A stretch of 64,000 nt of DNA from NCBI GenBank assembly GCA_963798915.1, contig CAWCVB010000005.1, positions 217,291 to 281,290 on the forward strand, read 5' to 3'. This DNA is from an uncultured Gemmatimonadales bacterium. Lineage in GTDB: Bacteria > Gemmatimonadota > Gemmatimonadetes > Gemmatimonadales > GWC2-71-9. Both the position numbers and the translations under genes were made by a program. The notes beneath the pieces were generated by a model. That model was not told the DNA's origin, did no database searches, and was given only the letters and a program-made list of their open reading frames with translations. Each line of letters begins with the position of its first letter. Within the stretch, counting starts at the first letter, position 1. Shown here piece by piece: positions 19,177 through 28,359 of this stretch.

Positions 19177-20042
19177 GGTTCCACGTGGACGACGACTTCC
19201 TGGAACTGCAGCGACTGGCGCAACTGTACCTCCACGGCATCTGCGATGCCATGTGCGCTGGCGACATCGGAGTGGCCGTCCACGGCTATCGTGAGCTCCG
19301 CAAACAAGGTGGCGGCCGCTCCACGCGACCGGATGGAATAGGCAGCCCGGACGCCGGGCACCTGCTCGGCCTCGCGCTTGATGGTCTGGGCATCGTAGGC
19401 GCGTTCATCCACCAGCGTCGGCAGTGTGCGCCGCACAATGTGATATCCGGCCCGGGCCACCATCACAGCCACCAGAATGGCCAGCGCCGGGTCGGCCCAC
19501 CTCAGCCCCAGCCGGCTCATGAGAAGGCCGCCGAGCACCGCTACGGTGATCAGGACATCGATGCGGGTGTGCACCGCGTCCGCCAGGAGCAATTCGCTGC
19601 TCAGCCGCCGGCCGGCGCGACTCTCCGCAACCGTGACGACGACATTGAGGACCAGGGTGACGCCCATCAGCGCCAAGCTGCCCATCGCAACGGTCGGCGG
19701 TTCCGACCCCTCGACCAGCCGTGCCACAGCCCCACGCAGCAACTCGAAGATGGACACCGACAGAAAAACCACGATCAGCAGCGCGCCGACGGTTTCGAAC
19801 TTGGCGTGGCCGTAGGGATGCTCGGCGTCGGGTCCCTTGGCCGCCACCGCCATGATCACAAGGCCCAGCCCATTGTTCACCGCGTCGAGCGATGCCTGGA
19901 TCAGGTCGCCCACGACTGCGAGCGATCCGGTAGCCACGGCGACAAACGCCTTGATGACCACGACGACCAGGTTCGCACCCAGGATCACGAGCAGCACGCG
20001 ACGAATCTGCTGCTCGCGATCCGGGGTCACGGTGCGTGGCAT
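19170..20042 (-). CDS. Cation diffusion facilitator family transporter
   Basis: GSLAVVGD..SLD, PDAEHPYGHAKFE, ADAVHTRID, C-terminal VVVHVEP. Confidence 0.93.
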   Translation of the reverse strand: MPRTVTPDREQQIRRVLLVILGANLVVVVIKAFVAVATGSLAVVGDLIQASLDAVNNGLGLVIMAVAAKGPDAEHPYGHAKFETVGALLIVVFLSVSIFELLRGAVARLVEGSEPPTVAMGSLALMGVTLVLNVVVTVAESRAGRRLSSELLLADAVHTRIDVLITVAVLGGLLMSRLGLRWADPALAILVAVMVARAGYHIVRRTLPTLVDERAYDAQTIKREAEQVPGVRAAYSIRSRGAAATLFAELTIAVDGHSDVASAHGIADAVEVQLRQSLQFQEVVVHVEPC

Positions 20043-20143
20043 GGGTCTAAAGGTGGACCCTTCGAGGAACCGCTGTCAATGCGGTTCCCCCGGACGGGCG
20101 GCCAGAGCATTTTGCAGCATCCTCCAGACAGCGAGCTGCCTCT

Positions 20144-20800
20144 GTGCGACGACTGACGCCCGGGTTTGCCTTCCTGCTGGCCGCGCTCGCGTTCGGCCTC
20201 TGGGCCCTGCCGCACCTTCCGGCCCGGGTCGCCTCCCACTGGAGTCTGGCCGGCGAGCCGGATGGGACGATGAGCAGGGCGATTGCGGCGGTCTTCCTCC
20301 CGCTCGTCGGCGCAGTGCTCGGATTGGCCTTCGCGCTGCTGCCACGCACCGATCCGCGGCGTGAAGGACTGCTGCACGGCGGAGTCTGGTGGACCCTGGG
20401 CAACGCTGTCATGATCCTGCTCGCCATCCTGCATGTCGCCCTGCTCGGCTACAACCTCGGATGGCCGGTCTCGATGCCTGGCGTGGCGCTGGGCGGGGCC
20501 GGCCTGCTGTTCATTCTAGTCGGGTTTCTCATGCCGCAGATGCGACCCAACTGGTTCATGGGTATTCGGACGCCCTGGACGCTTACGAGCGATACCGTGT
20601 GGCGGCGGACCCACGCGCTGGCCGGCCGCGTTTTCGCCGCGGCCGGGGCAGTGCTCGTGGTGCTTGCCTTCCTGCAGCCGGATCATGTTGCCGCCATGCT
20701 GGGGATCGTCATCGCAGTTGCCGTGCTGGTGCCGGTCATTGCATCCTATCTCCTCTGGCGCCATGAGCGCGTGCATGCCGTATCGGGAACATCCGAGTGA
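20144..20800 (+). CDS. SdpI/YhfL family membrane protein with DUF1648
   Basis: LP.RVASHW..GEPDG; PNWFMGIRTPWTL.SD.VW.RTH. Confidence 0.88.
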   Translation: MRRLTPGFAFLLAALAFGLWALPHLPARVASHWSLAGEPDGTMSRAIAAVFLPLVGAVLGLAFALLPRTDPRREGLLHGGVWWTLGNAVMILLAILHVALLGYNLGWPVSMPGVALGGAGLLFILVGFLMPQMRPNWFMGIRTPWTLTSDTVWRRTHALAGRVFAAAGAVLVVLAFLQPDHVAAMLGIVIAVAVLVPVIASYLLWRHERVHAVSGTSE

Positions 20801-21804
20801 GGCATCGCTGGCTTCTCCCGGTCATTGCCCTGGCCCTGCTTCCGTCGACCAGCCTGGCCCAGAGTGACCCGCCTCTGCCTGCGGGTCTCGTCGAGCGGCC
20901 CGTCACCATTGGCGAGCGCGGACTGCCGGGTATCGTGACGTTTCCAAGCGGGGCGGCCCGCCTGCCCGGTGTGGTACTGGTGCATGGCTCGGGCGCGCAT
21001 GACCGTGATGAGACCATCGGGCCCAACAAGCCCTTTCGCGACCTGGCGTGGGGCCTGGCCGCGCGCGGCATCGCCGTGCTGCGCTACGACAAGCGGAGTG
21101 CCGTGGCGCCCTTGTCGTTCCTGGGCACGCCATTCACGGTGCGGGAGGAAGTGCTTGATGACGCGGCGGCAGCTATCGCGCTGCTCCGGACAAGCCCGGA
21201 GGTCGATTCCACGCGGGTAGTCGTCCTGGGCCACAGCCTGGGTGGGACACTCGCGCCACGAGTGGCGCAGCTTGCGCCGGGCACTGCCGGCATCGTCATC
21301 ATGGCGGGCGCCACGGCGCCGCTTACCGACATGATCATCCGGCAACTGCACTATCTGGCGGCTCAGTCCGGCGCTGATTCCGTCACCGCCTCACGGCGGT
21401 TTGCCGGCATCGAAGGCCTGGTCGGCCGCATCCGGGCGCTGGCGCCGGCAGACTCCCTCTCCACGGTACTTCTGCTGGGTGCCCCGGCCAGCTACTGGCT
21501 GGACCTCCAACGGGTAAATCCGGTGGCGGTCGCGGACTCGCTCGGATTGCCGATGCTCATCCTGCATGGTGGTCGGGATTACCAGGTCACGAGTGCCGAG
21601 GCCGCAGGCTGGCGCGACGCTCTGGGCGGGAGGCCGAGCGTGACGTTCCGCGAATATCCTCAACTCAATCACCTGTTCATGACCGGAAGCGGGCCATCGT
21701 CACCGGCGGAGTACGGCGTGCCCGGGCACGTCTCCAGCGACGTGATCAATGACATTGCCGGCTGGCTGCAAGCACTCACGCCGCGGCCAGCACCGCGCCC
21801 TTGA
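20797..21804 (+). CDS. Exported alpha/beta hydrolase (serine aminopeptidase S33-like)
   Basis: Signal peptide; VHGSG.HDRDE, RYDKR, GHSLGG, DYQV, LNHLF. Confidence 0.88.
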   Translation: MRHRWLLPVIALALLPSTSLAQSDPPLPAGLVERPVTIGERGLPGIVTFPSGAARLPGVVLVHGSGAHDRDETIGPNKPFRDLAWGLAARGIAVLRYDKRSAVAPLSFLGTPFTVREEVLDDAAAAIALLRTSPEVDSTRVVVLGHSLGGTLAPRVAQLAPGTAGIVIMAGATAPLTDMIIRQLHYLAAQSGADSVTASRRFAGIEGLVGRIRALAPADSLSTVLLLGAPASYWLDLQRVNPVAVADSLGLPMLILHGGRDYQVTSAEAAGWRDALGGRPSVTFREYPQLNHLFMTGSGPSSPAEYGVPGHVSSDVINDIAGWLQALTPRPAPRP

Positions 21805-22934
21805 GGTAGCCTGTCTCGGGTATGGTCAGGACTTCAGGGTGGTCGATGCCCTGTCCCAGCACCTCCCTGAGGATCATGCGCCGGCCTGAGTCGCCCGCGG
21901 CCATGGTGAGCATGTCGAGAAACTGCTGTCGGCCGACGTGAAATGAGCATGACGCCGTGACGAGCATGCCGCCTGGCGCGAGCAGCCGCATTGCCCGGAG
22001 GTTGATTTCGCGATAGCCGCGCAGGGCCTCGGGCACGGCGCGGCGCGACTTGGCGAAGGCGGGCGGATCGAGCGTGATCAGGTCAAACCGCTCACCGGCG
22101 CGTTCCATGCTCCGGAGCGACTCGAACGCATCGGCTACGCGCCACTCGATGTTGTGCATGTCATTGAGTTCAGCATTCACCACACCGCGCTCGAGTGCGG
22201 CACTGCTGCTGTCCAGCGCAAGCACATGCCGGGCTCGTCGCGCGAGGTGCAGCGCAAACGATCCATGGTAGCTGAAGCAGTCGAGCGCCCGTCCGCCGCG
22301 CGGCGTGAGGGCGCCGGCCAGCAGCCGGGCCGGTCGCTGGTCGAGAAATGCCCCCGTTTTCTGGCCGGTCCAGGGCGCGGCCAGGTAGCGGACCTCGTCC
22401 TCGCGGACTTCGACGAATTCGGGCACCTGGCCGGCGGCCAGCTCCACCTGTTGGTCGAGGCCCTCCTTGCGCCGTACCGGCACGTCATGGCGCAGCAGAA
22501 CGCCTGCGGGTGTCAGCACCTGGTCGATCGCCTCGAGAATCAGGTGCCGCTGCGTCTCGATCCCGGCGGAGAGCAGTTGCACGACGACCCACCGGTCGTA
22601 GCGGTCCACCACCAGCGAGGGAAGCCCGTCACCTTCGCCGTGGACGATGCGAAAGGCCGATGCGTCGATCCCGGCGCGGCGCTCGAATGCCGCAGTGAGC
22701 CGCTCGCGCCACCATGCCGCGTCGATGCGGCGGTCGCTGCGTTCGAGCAGCCGCAACTGAATCTCGGAGCGGGGCGAGATAGAGCGCCTGCCCCAGGTAG
22801 CGTCCCCGCTGATCTGAGACCGGCACGACGCCGGCCTCGGCTGGCGCCTCGATGACGTCACTGCGGAAGATCCAGGGATGGCCGCGGACCCAGCGTTCCG
22901 CGCCACGTGCACTCACCGTCGCGAGCGGAGTCAT
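21776..22934 (-). pseudogene. rlmI: RlmI-like class I SAM rRNA methyltransferase (PUA + MTase), split by one +1 frameshift near 22778 (probably a sequencing error)
   Basis: N-part GHPWIFRSDV (ORF 22629..22934) joins C-part HGEGDGLP, QKTGAFLDQR, DPPAF, SCS, PET.YLK; total length is 3n+1. Confidence 0.85.
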
Positions 22935-22970
22935 CTGGCTCGCCGTCCACGGTCCTGTTTGATTGCTGAC

Positions 22971-23597
22971 ATGCCTGCAAATCTAGCGGCCACGGTGCGG
23001 CTGATGCTGGTGACCGACGATCGTTTTCTGCCGGAAGCCCGCCTGATGCGTGCCGTGGAAGCCGCGGTGCTGGGCGGAGTCACGTCAGTCCAGCTTCGGC
23101 TGAAGACGGTAGGTTCCCGCCAGCTTCTGCACATGGCGCGGGCGATGGTCTTTCACCTGCCGGTGCCCGTGATCATCAACGACCGGCCCGATGTGGCGCG
23201 GGCGGCGCGAGCCGCCGGCATCCATCTCGGCCCGGATGACCTGTCGGTGGAGCATGCCCGCCGGGCGTGGCCTGATGTGCCCATTGTCGGCGCGTCGGTC
23301 GGCTCGGCCGCTGAGATGGAGGCCGGTGCTGCGGCGGATTATTGGGGCGTGGGTCCATGGCGCACCACGAGCACCAAGCCGGATGCCGGCCAGGCGTTGG
23401 GCGACGAAGGATTGCGGTCTCTGGTTGCGAGGGCGGGCGTCAGGCCCTGCATCGCGATCGGTGGCGTAACCCCCGGAGACGTGGCCGCCATCATGGCGGC
23501 GGGCGCTTCGGGTGTGGCGGTGGTGTCGGGCATCCTGGCCGCCGCCGACGTCACCGCGGCCGCCCGCACCTATGCCGCCGAACTCAGCCGTGCGTAA
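22971..23597 (+). CDS. thiE: Thiamine phosphate synthase
   Basis: VQLRLK, IINDRPD, GIHLGPDD, GAS, T.TKP, AIGG, GVAVVS. Confidence 0.9.
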   Translation: MPANLAATVRLMLVTDDRFLPEARLMRAVEAAVLGGVTSVQLRLKTVGSRQLLHMARAMVFHLPVPVIINDRPDVARAARAAGIHLGPDDLSVEHARRAWPDVPIVGASVGSAAEMEAGAAADYWGVGPWRTTSTKPDAGQALGDEGLRSLVARAGVRPCIAIGGVTPGDVAAIMAAGASGVAVVSGILAAADVTAAARTYAAELSRA

Positions 23598-23602
23598 GGC
23601 GC

Positions 23603-24637
23603 CTATCGGCTCGAAGGGTTGGGGAGCGCGGGACGCGAGTCTCGCTCGGCGGCAGCTTCAGCGGCAGAGGAATTTCGTACCAGCCTGATGGCGCGCAGAT
23701 GCTCCTGATAGGTGCGGGAAAAGACGTGGTGGCCATCGGGCCGGGCCACGAAATACAGATATGGCACGTCCGCCGGGTATAGTGCGGCCTCGATGCTGCG
23801 GACGCTCGGCGAATTGACCGGTCCGGGCGGGAGCCCCGGGTACAAGTAGGTGTTGTAGGGTGAGGGAGTCCGGTAATCCTTGGTGAACAGCCGCTTCTTG
23901 CGCTCACCGGTGGCCAACTGGATGGCATACTGGACTGTCGGATCCGCCTGCAGCGCCATCCCGATACGCAGGCGGTTGTGGTACACGCCAGCAATGGTCT
24001 CCCGCTCCTCGTCCACGCGGGCTTCCCCTTCGACAATCGATGCCAGCGTGACGACCTGCAGCTTCGACAGCTGCACGGTGTCAAGCCGTGCAGTCCATTC
24101 CTGTTTCCAGGCGTCCTGGAACTGGCTCACCATCAGCGAGATCAGCTCCTGAGCGCTCGAGGACGACGCCAGCAGGTATGTGTCCGGGTGCAGGAACCCC
24201 TCCAGGCTCGGTGCGCGGATGCCGATCGAATCGGCCAGGGCGCTGTCATGCGCGGCCCGGACCACTGAATCGGCCGGAATGTCGAGCTCGCGCTCGGCAA
24301 GCTCCGCGACGTCGGCAATGGTGAGGCCCTCCGGCACCGTCAGCCGGACGGAGGCCGTGCGACCTTCGGCCAGCATCGAGAGCAGCGCGCCGGCTGACAT
24401 GCCGCGGCTTGCCGTGTAGCGGCCGGCATGCATCCGGCGATCAACGCGGGACAGGCGCGCGCGCACCTTGAGCAGGAATCGATTGCCGACCAGCCCGTGT
24501 GCGTCGAGGGTGTCGAGCACCTGGGCGAAGCTGGCGTGTTCCGGCACGGTAAAATGTTCCGCCTTGCCAGGCGGCCCCGGCGCGGCACAGGCAGACACCA
24601 GGGGCAGAGCAAGCAGGGCCAGCCGAGTCGGCTTCAC
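23603..24637 (-). CDS. mltG: Endolytic transglycosylase MltG
   Basis: TVPEG, LEGFL.PDTY, LASIVEGE, LQADPT, SPYNTY..GLPPGP, YLYFV. Confidence 0.95.
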   Translation of the reverse strand: MKPTRLALLALPLVSACAAPGPPGKAEHFTVPEHASFAQVLDTLDAHGLVGNRFLLKVRARLSRVDRRMHAGRYTASRGMSAGALLSMLAEGRTASVRLTVPEGLTIADVAELAERELDIPADSVVRAAHDSALADSIGIRAPSLEGFLHPDTYLLASSSSAQELISLMVSQFQDAWKQEWTARLDTVQLSKLQVVTLASIVEGEARVDEERETIAGVYHNRLRIGMALQADPTVQYAIQLATGERKKRLFTKDYRTPSPYNTYLYPGLPPGPVNSPSVRSIEAALYPADVPYLYFVARPDGHHVFSRTYQEHLRAIRLVRNSSAAEAAAERDSRPALPNPSSR

Positions 24638-25077
24638 GGGGCCTTCCTGCGGCGAATGTCGAGAAACTGCTGCAGCAGGATGGCCGCAGCCATGGCGTCC
24701 ACGTCGGCCTTCCGGCCGCGCGTGGAACCTTGGAGCTCGCGGATAGTGCCAAGCGCCCGTGCGGTCGAAAATCGTTCATCCAGGAAGACGACCGGCAGTG
24801 CGGCCCGCTCGCCAGCCAGGTTGCCCATCTCGCGGGCGGCCTGAGCGGCAAGGCCTTCGTCCCCGTCCGACGTGAGGGGGAGTCCGACCACGAGCCCAAC
24901 GGGCTGTTCACGCTGGACCAGCGCGAGAAACGGGGGCATGGGAAACCGCTTGCCGGGGCGCCGTGAGAGGGTCTCAAGCGGACTGGCGATCAACTGGGTC
25001 TCGTCACTGAGCGCCAGCCCGATGCGCACCGCGCCCCAGTCAAGGGCGAGGATGCGGCCGGTGCACGGGATGGGCAT
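24634..25077 (-). CDS. ruvX: Holliday junction resolvase-like / pre-16S rRNA nuclease RuvX (YqgF)
   Basis: LALDWG..RIGLALSD, VVGLP, DERFST, VDAMAA..LLQ. Confidence 0.93.
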   Translation of the reverse strand: MPIPCTGRILALDWGAVRIGLALSDETQLIASPLETLSRRPGKRFPMPPFLALVQREQPVGLVVGLPLTSDGDEGLAAQAAREMGNLAGERAALPVVFLDERFSTARALGTIRELQGSTRGRKADVDAMAAAILLQQFLDIRRRKAP

Positions 25078-25116
25078 GATGTGATGAACCAATAGCCGCG
25101 GGTCTGAGACCTGCAG

Positions 25117-26364
25117 CTACTGTTGCATGCTCGCGAAGAATTCCTTGTTGCTCTTGGTGCGCTTCATCCGCTCAAGCAGGAACTCAATGGCTTCCACCGG
25201 CGGCATGTCCGCCAGGAAGTTGCGCAGCAGGTACACCCGGTTGAGCTCGTCCTTGTCCATGAGCAGCTCTTCCTTTCGGGTGCCGCTCTTCTGGATGTCG
25301 ATGGCGGGCCAGATGCGCCGGTCAGCCAGGCGCCGATCGAGCACCAGTTCCATGTTGCCGGTGCCCTTGAACTCCTCGAAAATCACCTCGTCCATCCGGC
25401 TGCCGGTGTCGACCAGGGCGGTCGCGAGGATGGTGAGGGAGCCGCCCTTGTCGATGTTGCGCGCGGCGCCGAAGAAACGCTTGGGCTTCTGCAACGCGTT
25501 GGCGTCGACACCACCGGAGAGAATCTTGCCGGAGTGGGGAACCACCACGTTGTGCGCCCTCGCCAGACGGGTGATGGAATCGAGCAGGATCACGACGTCA
25601 CGGCCGTGCTCAACCAGCCGCTTGGCCTTTTCGATTACCATGTCGGCGACCTGGACGTGGCGATCCGGCGGCTCGTCGAAGGTTGAGGAGATGACCTCGG
25701 CCTTGACGTTCTCCTCCATGTCGGTCACTTCCTCCGGACGCTCATCGATGAGGAGCACGATGAGCGCGATTTCCGGATGATTTTCCGAAATGGCATTGGC
25801 GAGTTTCTGGAGGAGAATGGTCTTGCCGGCCTTGGGGGGCGCGACGATCAGGCCGCGCTGGCCCATGCCGATCGGGGACAGGAGGTCCACCACCCGCATC
25901 GAGAGGTCGCCCGTCGCGCGCTCGAGCCGAATGCGGCGATCGGGATAGCGGGGCTTCAGGTTGTCGAAGGCAATCCGGTGCTTGGTTTTTTCCGGCTCCT
26001 CGAAGTTGACCTTCTCGACCTTGAGCAGGGCGAGGTAGCGTTCCCCTTCCTTGGGCGGCCGCACCTGGCCCATGACGGTGTCGCCAGTGCGGAGGTCGAA
26101 GCGCTTGATCTGGCTCGGACTGACATAGATGTCATCCGGACCGTAGAGGTAGTTCCAGTCCTGGCTGCGGAGGAAGCCGTAACCCTCGGGCAGGATTTCG
26201 AGCACACCCTCGCCCCGGATCACCGTGTCCCGATCCAGCAGCGACTGCTCGATCTTGAAGATGAGATCCTGCTTGCGGAGGCCTGAGTAGTTGGTGATGT
26301 TGAGTTCTTCGGCCAGGGCATGCAGCTCAGCGACCGACTTCTGCTTCAGTTCAGCGATATCCAC
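25117..26364 (-). CDS. rho: Transcription termination factor Rho
   Basis: [54 protein letters not shown]; 415 aa with no N-terminal insertion. Confidence 0.99.
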   Translation of the reverse strand: MDIAELKQKSVAELHALAEELNITNYSGLRKQDLIFKIEQSLLDRDTVIRGEGVLEILPEGYGFLRSQDWNYLYGPDDIYVSPSQIKRFDLRTGDTVMGQVRPPKEGERYLALLKVEKVNFEEPEKTKHRIAFDNLKPRYPDRRIRLERATGDLSMRVVDLLSPIGMGQRGLIVAPPKAGKTILLQKLANAISENHPEIALIVLLIDERPEEVTDMEENVKAEVISSTFDEPPDRHVQVADMVIEKAKRLVEHGRDVVILLDSITRLARAHNVVVPHSGKILSGGVDANALQKPKRFFGAARNIDKGGSLTILATALVDTGSRMDEVIFEEFKGTGNMELVLDRRLADRRIWPAIDIQKSGTRKEELLMDKDELNRVYLLRNFLADMPPVEAIEFLLERMKRTKSNKEFFASMQQ

Positions 26365-26531
26365 GGAAGGGACTCCGGCGAGGAGCGCCAGGCGGCAAGG
26401 CGCCGGGCAGATAGGAATGACAGGAGAAATTGCTCAGATATATGCGGATCGTCGATCCGGGGAAGCCCGGCGTGCTTGATCAGACTGGCTTGGGGAAAAA
26501 TGGCCGCGCAGGGTCTGGACTACAATGCTTA

Positions 26532-26560
26532 AACGTACGGTACGCCGTCCACGCCGTCAA
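26532..26560 (-). promoter_or_regulatory. Candidate sigma-70 promoter for rho
   Basis: TTGACG-17 nt-TACGTT on the minus strand, giving a leader of about 160 nt. Confidence 0.55.
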
Positions 26561-26568
26561 GAGGGTCG

Positions 26569-27726
26569 TTGAACGCCCCCGGCTTTGACGACCTGAGCCG
26601 GAACCTTGAGGCATGGCGGGTGGTCCGGCTTGGCGGGCGCGAATACGTCGATGCCGTCGTCGCACCAGGCCACCGTGGACCCTCGCCGGCCCTCGCGGCG
26701 GCACTCAAGCGCTGGCCGGGCGCCCACTACTGGACCGACCGTGGCCACGCCGGCCTGGTCCTCGTGCGGCCCATTGCCGGCGAGCGGGCCGAGCGCTGGT
26801 GGCTGCACCTGGTCCTGGGTCTGATTACGATCGTCTGCGCGCTGGGCGCAGGAGCTACGCTGGCTGGTGCCTGGGCGCCGACGGCCGAGATCAGCCGATA
26901 CGGTGCGCTGGGCGGCGCCGTCCTGAGCGGATTCCATTTCTTCGGCTATGTGCTCCAGGGCGGGTGGCGGGAGATCCTTCCGGGCGCGAGCTTTGCCTTT
27001 CCCCTGCTTTCCATTCTGCTGGTCCACGAGCTTGGCCACTACTTTACCGCCCGCAGGTACGGCATTGACACATCGCCGCCCTTCTTTCTGCCGGTCCCAC
27101 CCTCGCTCTCACCCATAGGCAGCCTGGGCGCCTTCATCCGCATGCGCTCGCCGGTTCTCGACCGGCGCCAGCTGCTGGACGTGGGTGCCGCCGGTCCACT
27201 GGCGGGCTTTGTGGTAACGCTGGTGGTCCTATGGGTCGGCTATGCGCATAGCGCAGGCCTGTCGCTTGGTCCTGAGACGGCTGGTGAATTCGTCACCTAT
27301 GCTGGGCGCGAGATCTATCTCGGCAATTCCATTCTGACCATGGCGCTGCACCGGCACTTTTTCCCTGACGCGGCCGCCGTGGCCCTCAGCCCCATGGCGT
27401 TCGCCGGCTGGGTGGGCGCCTTCGTGACGGCACTCAACCTGGTCCCGCTGAGCCAGCTCGACGGCGGGCATGTACTCTACGCCATGTTCGGCCGGCGCCA
27501 GACCACGATCGGGGCTGCCGCTCTCATCGCTCTGCTGCTGCTGGGTCGCTCCTCACCAAGCTGGTGGATCTGGGCCATCCTTGCCCTGCTCATTGGCGGT
27601 GGACGCTGGACCCACCCATCCGTACTCGCCCCTGAACGGCCGGTGCCGCCGGGCCGGCGCTGGATCGGCTGGGCCTGCGTCGTGGTCTTCATCCTGACAT
27701 TCGTTCCGGTGCCATTTACCCTGTAG
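26569..27726 (+). CDS. Site-2 protease (peptidase M50)
   Basis: HELGH, GSLGAFI, AGPLAG, NLVPLSQLDGGH. Confidence 0.92.
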   Translation: MNAPGFDDLSRNLEAWRVVRLGGREYVDAVVAPGHRGPSPALAAALKRWPGAHYWTDRGHAGLVLVRPIAGERAERWWLHLVLGLITIVCALGAGATLAGAWAPTAEISRYGALGGAVLSGFHFFGYVLQGGWREILPGASFAFPLLSILLVHELGHYFTARRYGIDTSPPFFLPVPPSLSPIGSLGAFIRMRSPVLDRRQLLDVGAAGPLAGFVVTLVVLWVGYAHSAGLSLGPETAGEFVTYAGREIYLGNSILTMALHRHFFPDAAAVALSPMAFAGWVGAFVTALNLVPLSQLDGGHVLYAMFGRRQTTIGAAALIALLLLGRSSPSWWIWAILALLIGGGRWTHPSVLAPERPVPPGRRWIGWACVVVFILTFVPVPFTL

Positions 27727-27851
27727 GCCCAGCTTCTTCGCAGACCTGTATTGCGCATCCCCTTGTGGAATATCATCTTTGGACCATCCCCGGCCGTGAT
27801 GCTGCCAGCGGTTGGACCGGATGTCCCAGGCCGGATCCACGAGGAGATGCG

Positions 27852-28136
27852 ATGAGCCTGCTCAACGCCCGCTCGTCATCCCGCGACCCAAGCGATGTCC
27901 GCCAGTACGATTTGGACCAGCTGCGCCTGGATGGGCGGCAGGTGGCAATGGCGTTGATGGTTCGCCGAAGTGAGGACGGCACCTGGCGCGGTCGCCTCCA
28001 GTTCACCGATGCTGATTCCGGCGAGGAGCGTACGACCGCAGAAATCTTCTGCGGTCCACTCGAGGATGATCTGTGGCACTCACTGCAAGGCCTTCGCGAG
28101 CATCATATCCGGGATCTTTACCGATCGCTGGCCTGA
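27852..28136 (+). CDS. Small hypothetical protein (94 aa)
   Basis: GAGGAG RBS; protein-like sequence; abuts the next ORF with zero gap. Confidence 0.6.
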   Translation: MSLLNARSSSRDPSDVRQYDLDQLRLDGRQVAMALMVRRSEDGTWRGRLQFTDADSGEERTTAEIFCGPLEDDLWHSLQGLREHHIRDLYRSLA

Positions 28137-28358
28137 ATGGATGAACGCGATAACCTCTCCCGCCTGCGGCACGATCTTGCCAATCCACTCGCCGCGCTCC
28201 TGGCCGAGACTCAGCTGCTCCTGCTGAACGAGTCCGCCCTGGACGAGGAAACCCGCACCAGCCTGCGAGAGATCGAGAAGGCCGCCATTCGCATGCGCGC
28301 CATCCTCCGCGACTCGGTCACGCGCCCCGGCCAGCAGGACGCTACCGGCACGGCGTAG
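28137..28358 (+). CDS. Stand-alone HisKA (dimerisation/phosphoacceptor) mini-protein
   Basis: LRHDLANPLAALL H-box followed by a second helix; no HATPase domain. Confidence 0.75.
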   Translation: MDERDNLSRLRHDLANPLAALLAETQLLLLNESALDEETRTSLREIEKAAIRMRAILRDSVTRPGQQDATGTA

Positions 28359-28359
28359 G

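Noticed and set aside
22770..22785. Programmed frameshifting or phase variation at the frameshift sites
   Set aside because: No slippery sequence or long simple repeat at any of the four sites.
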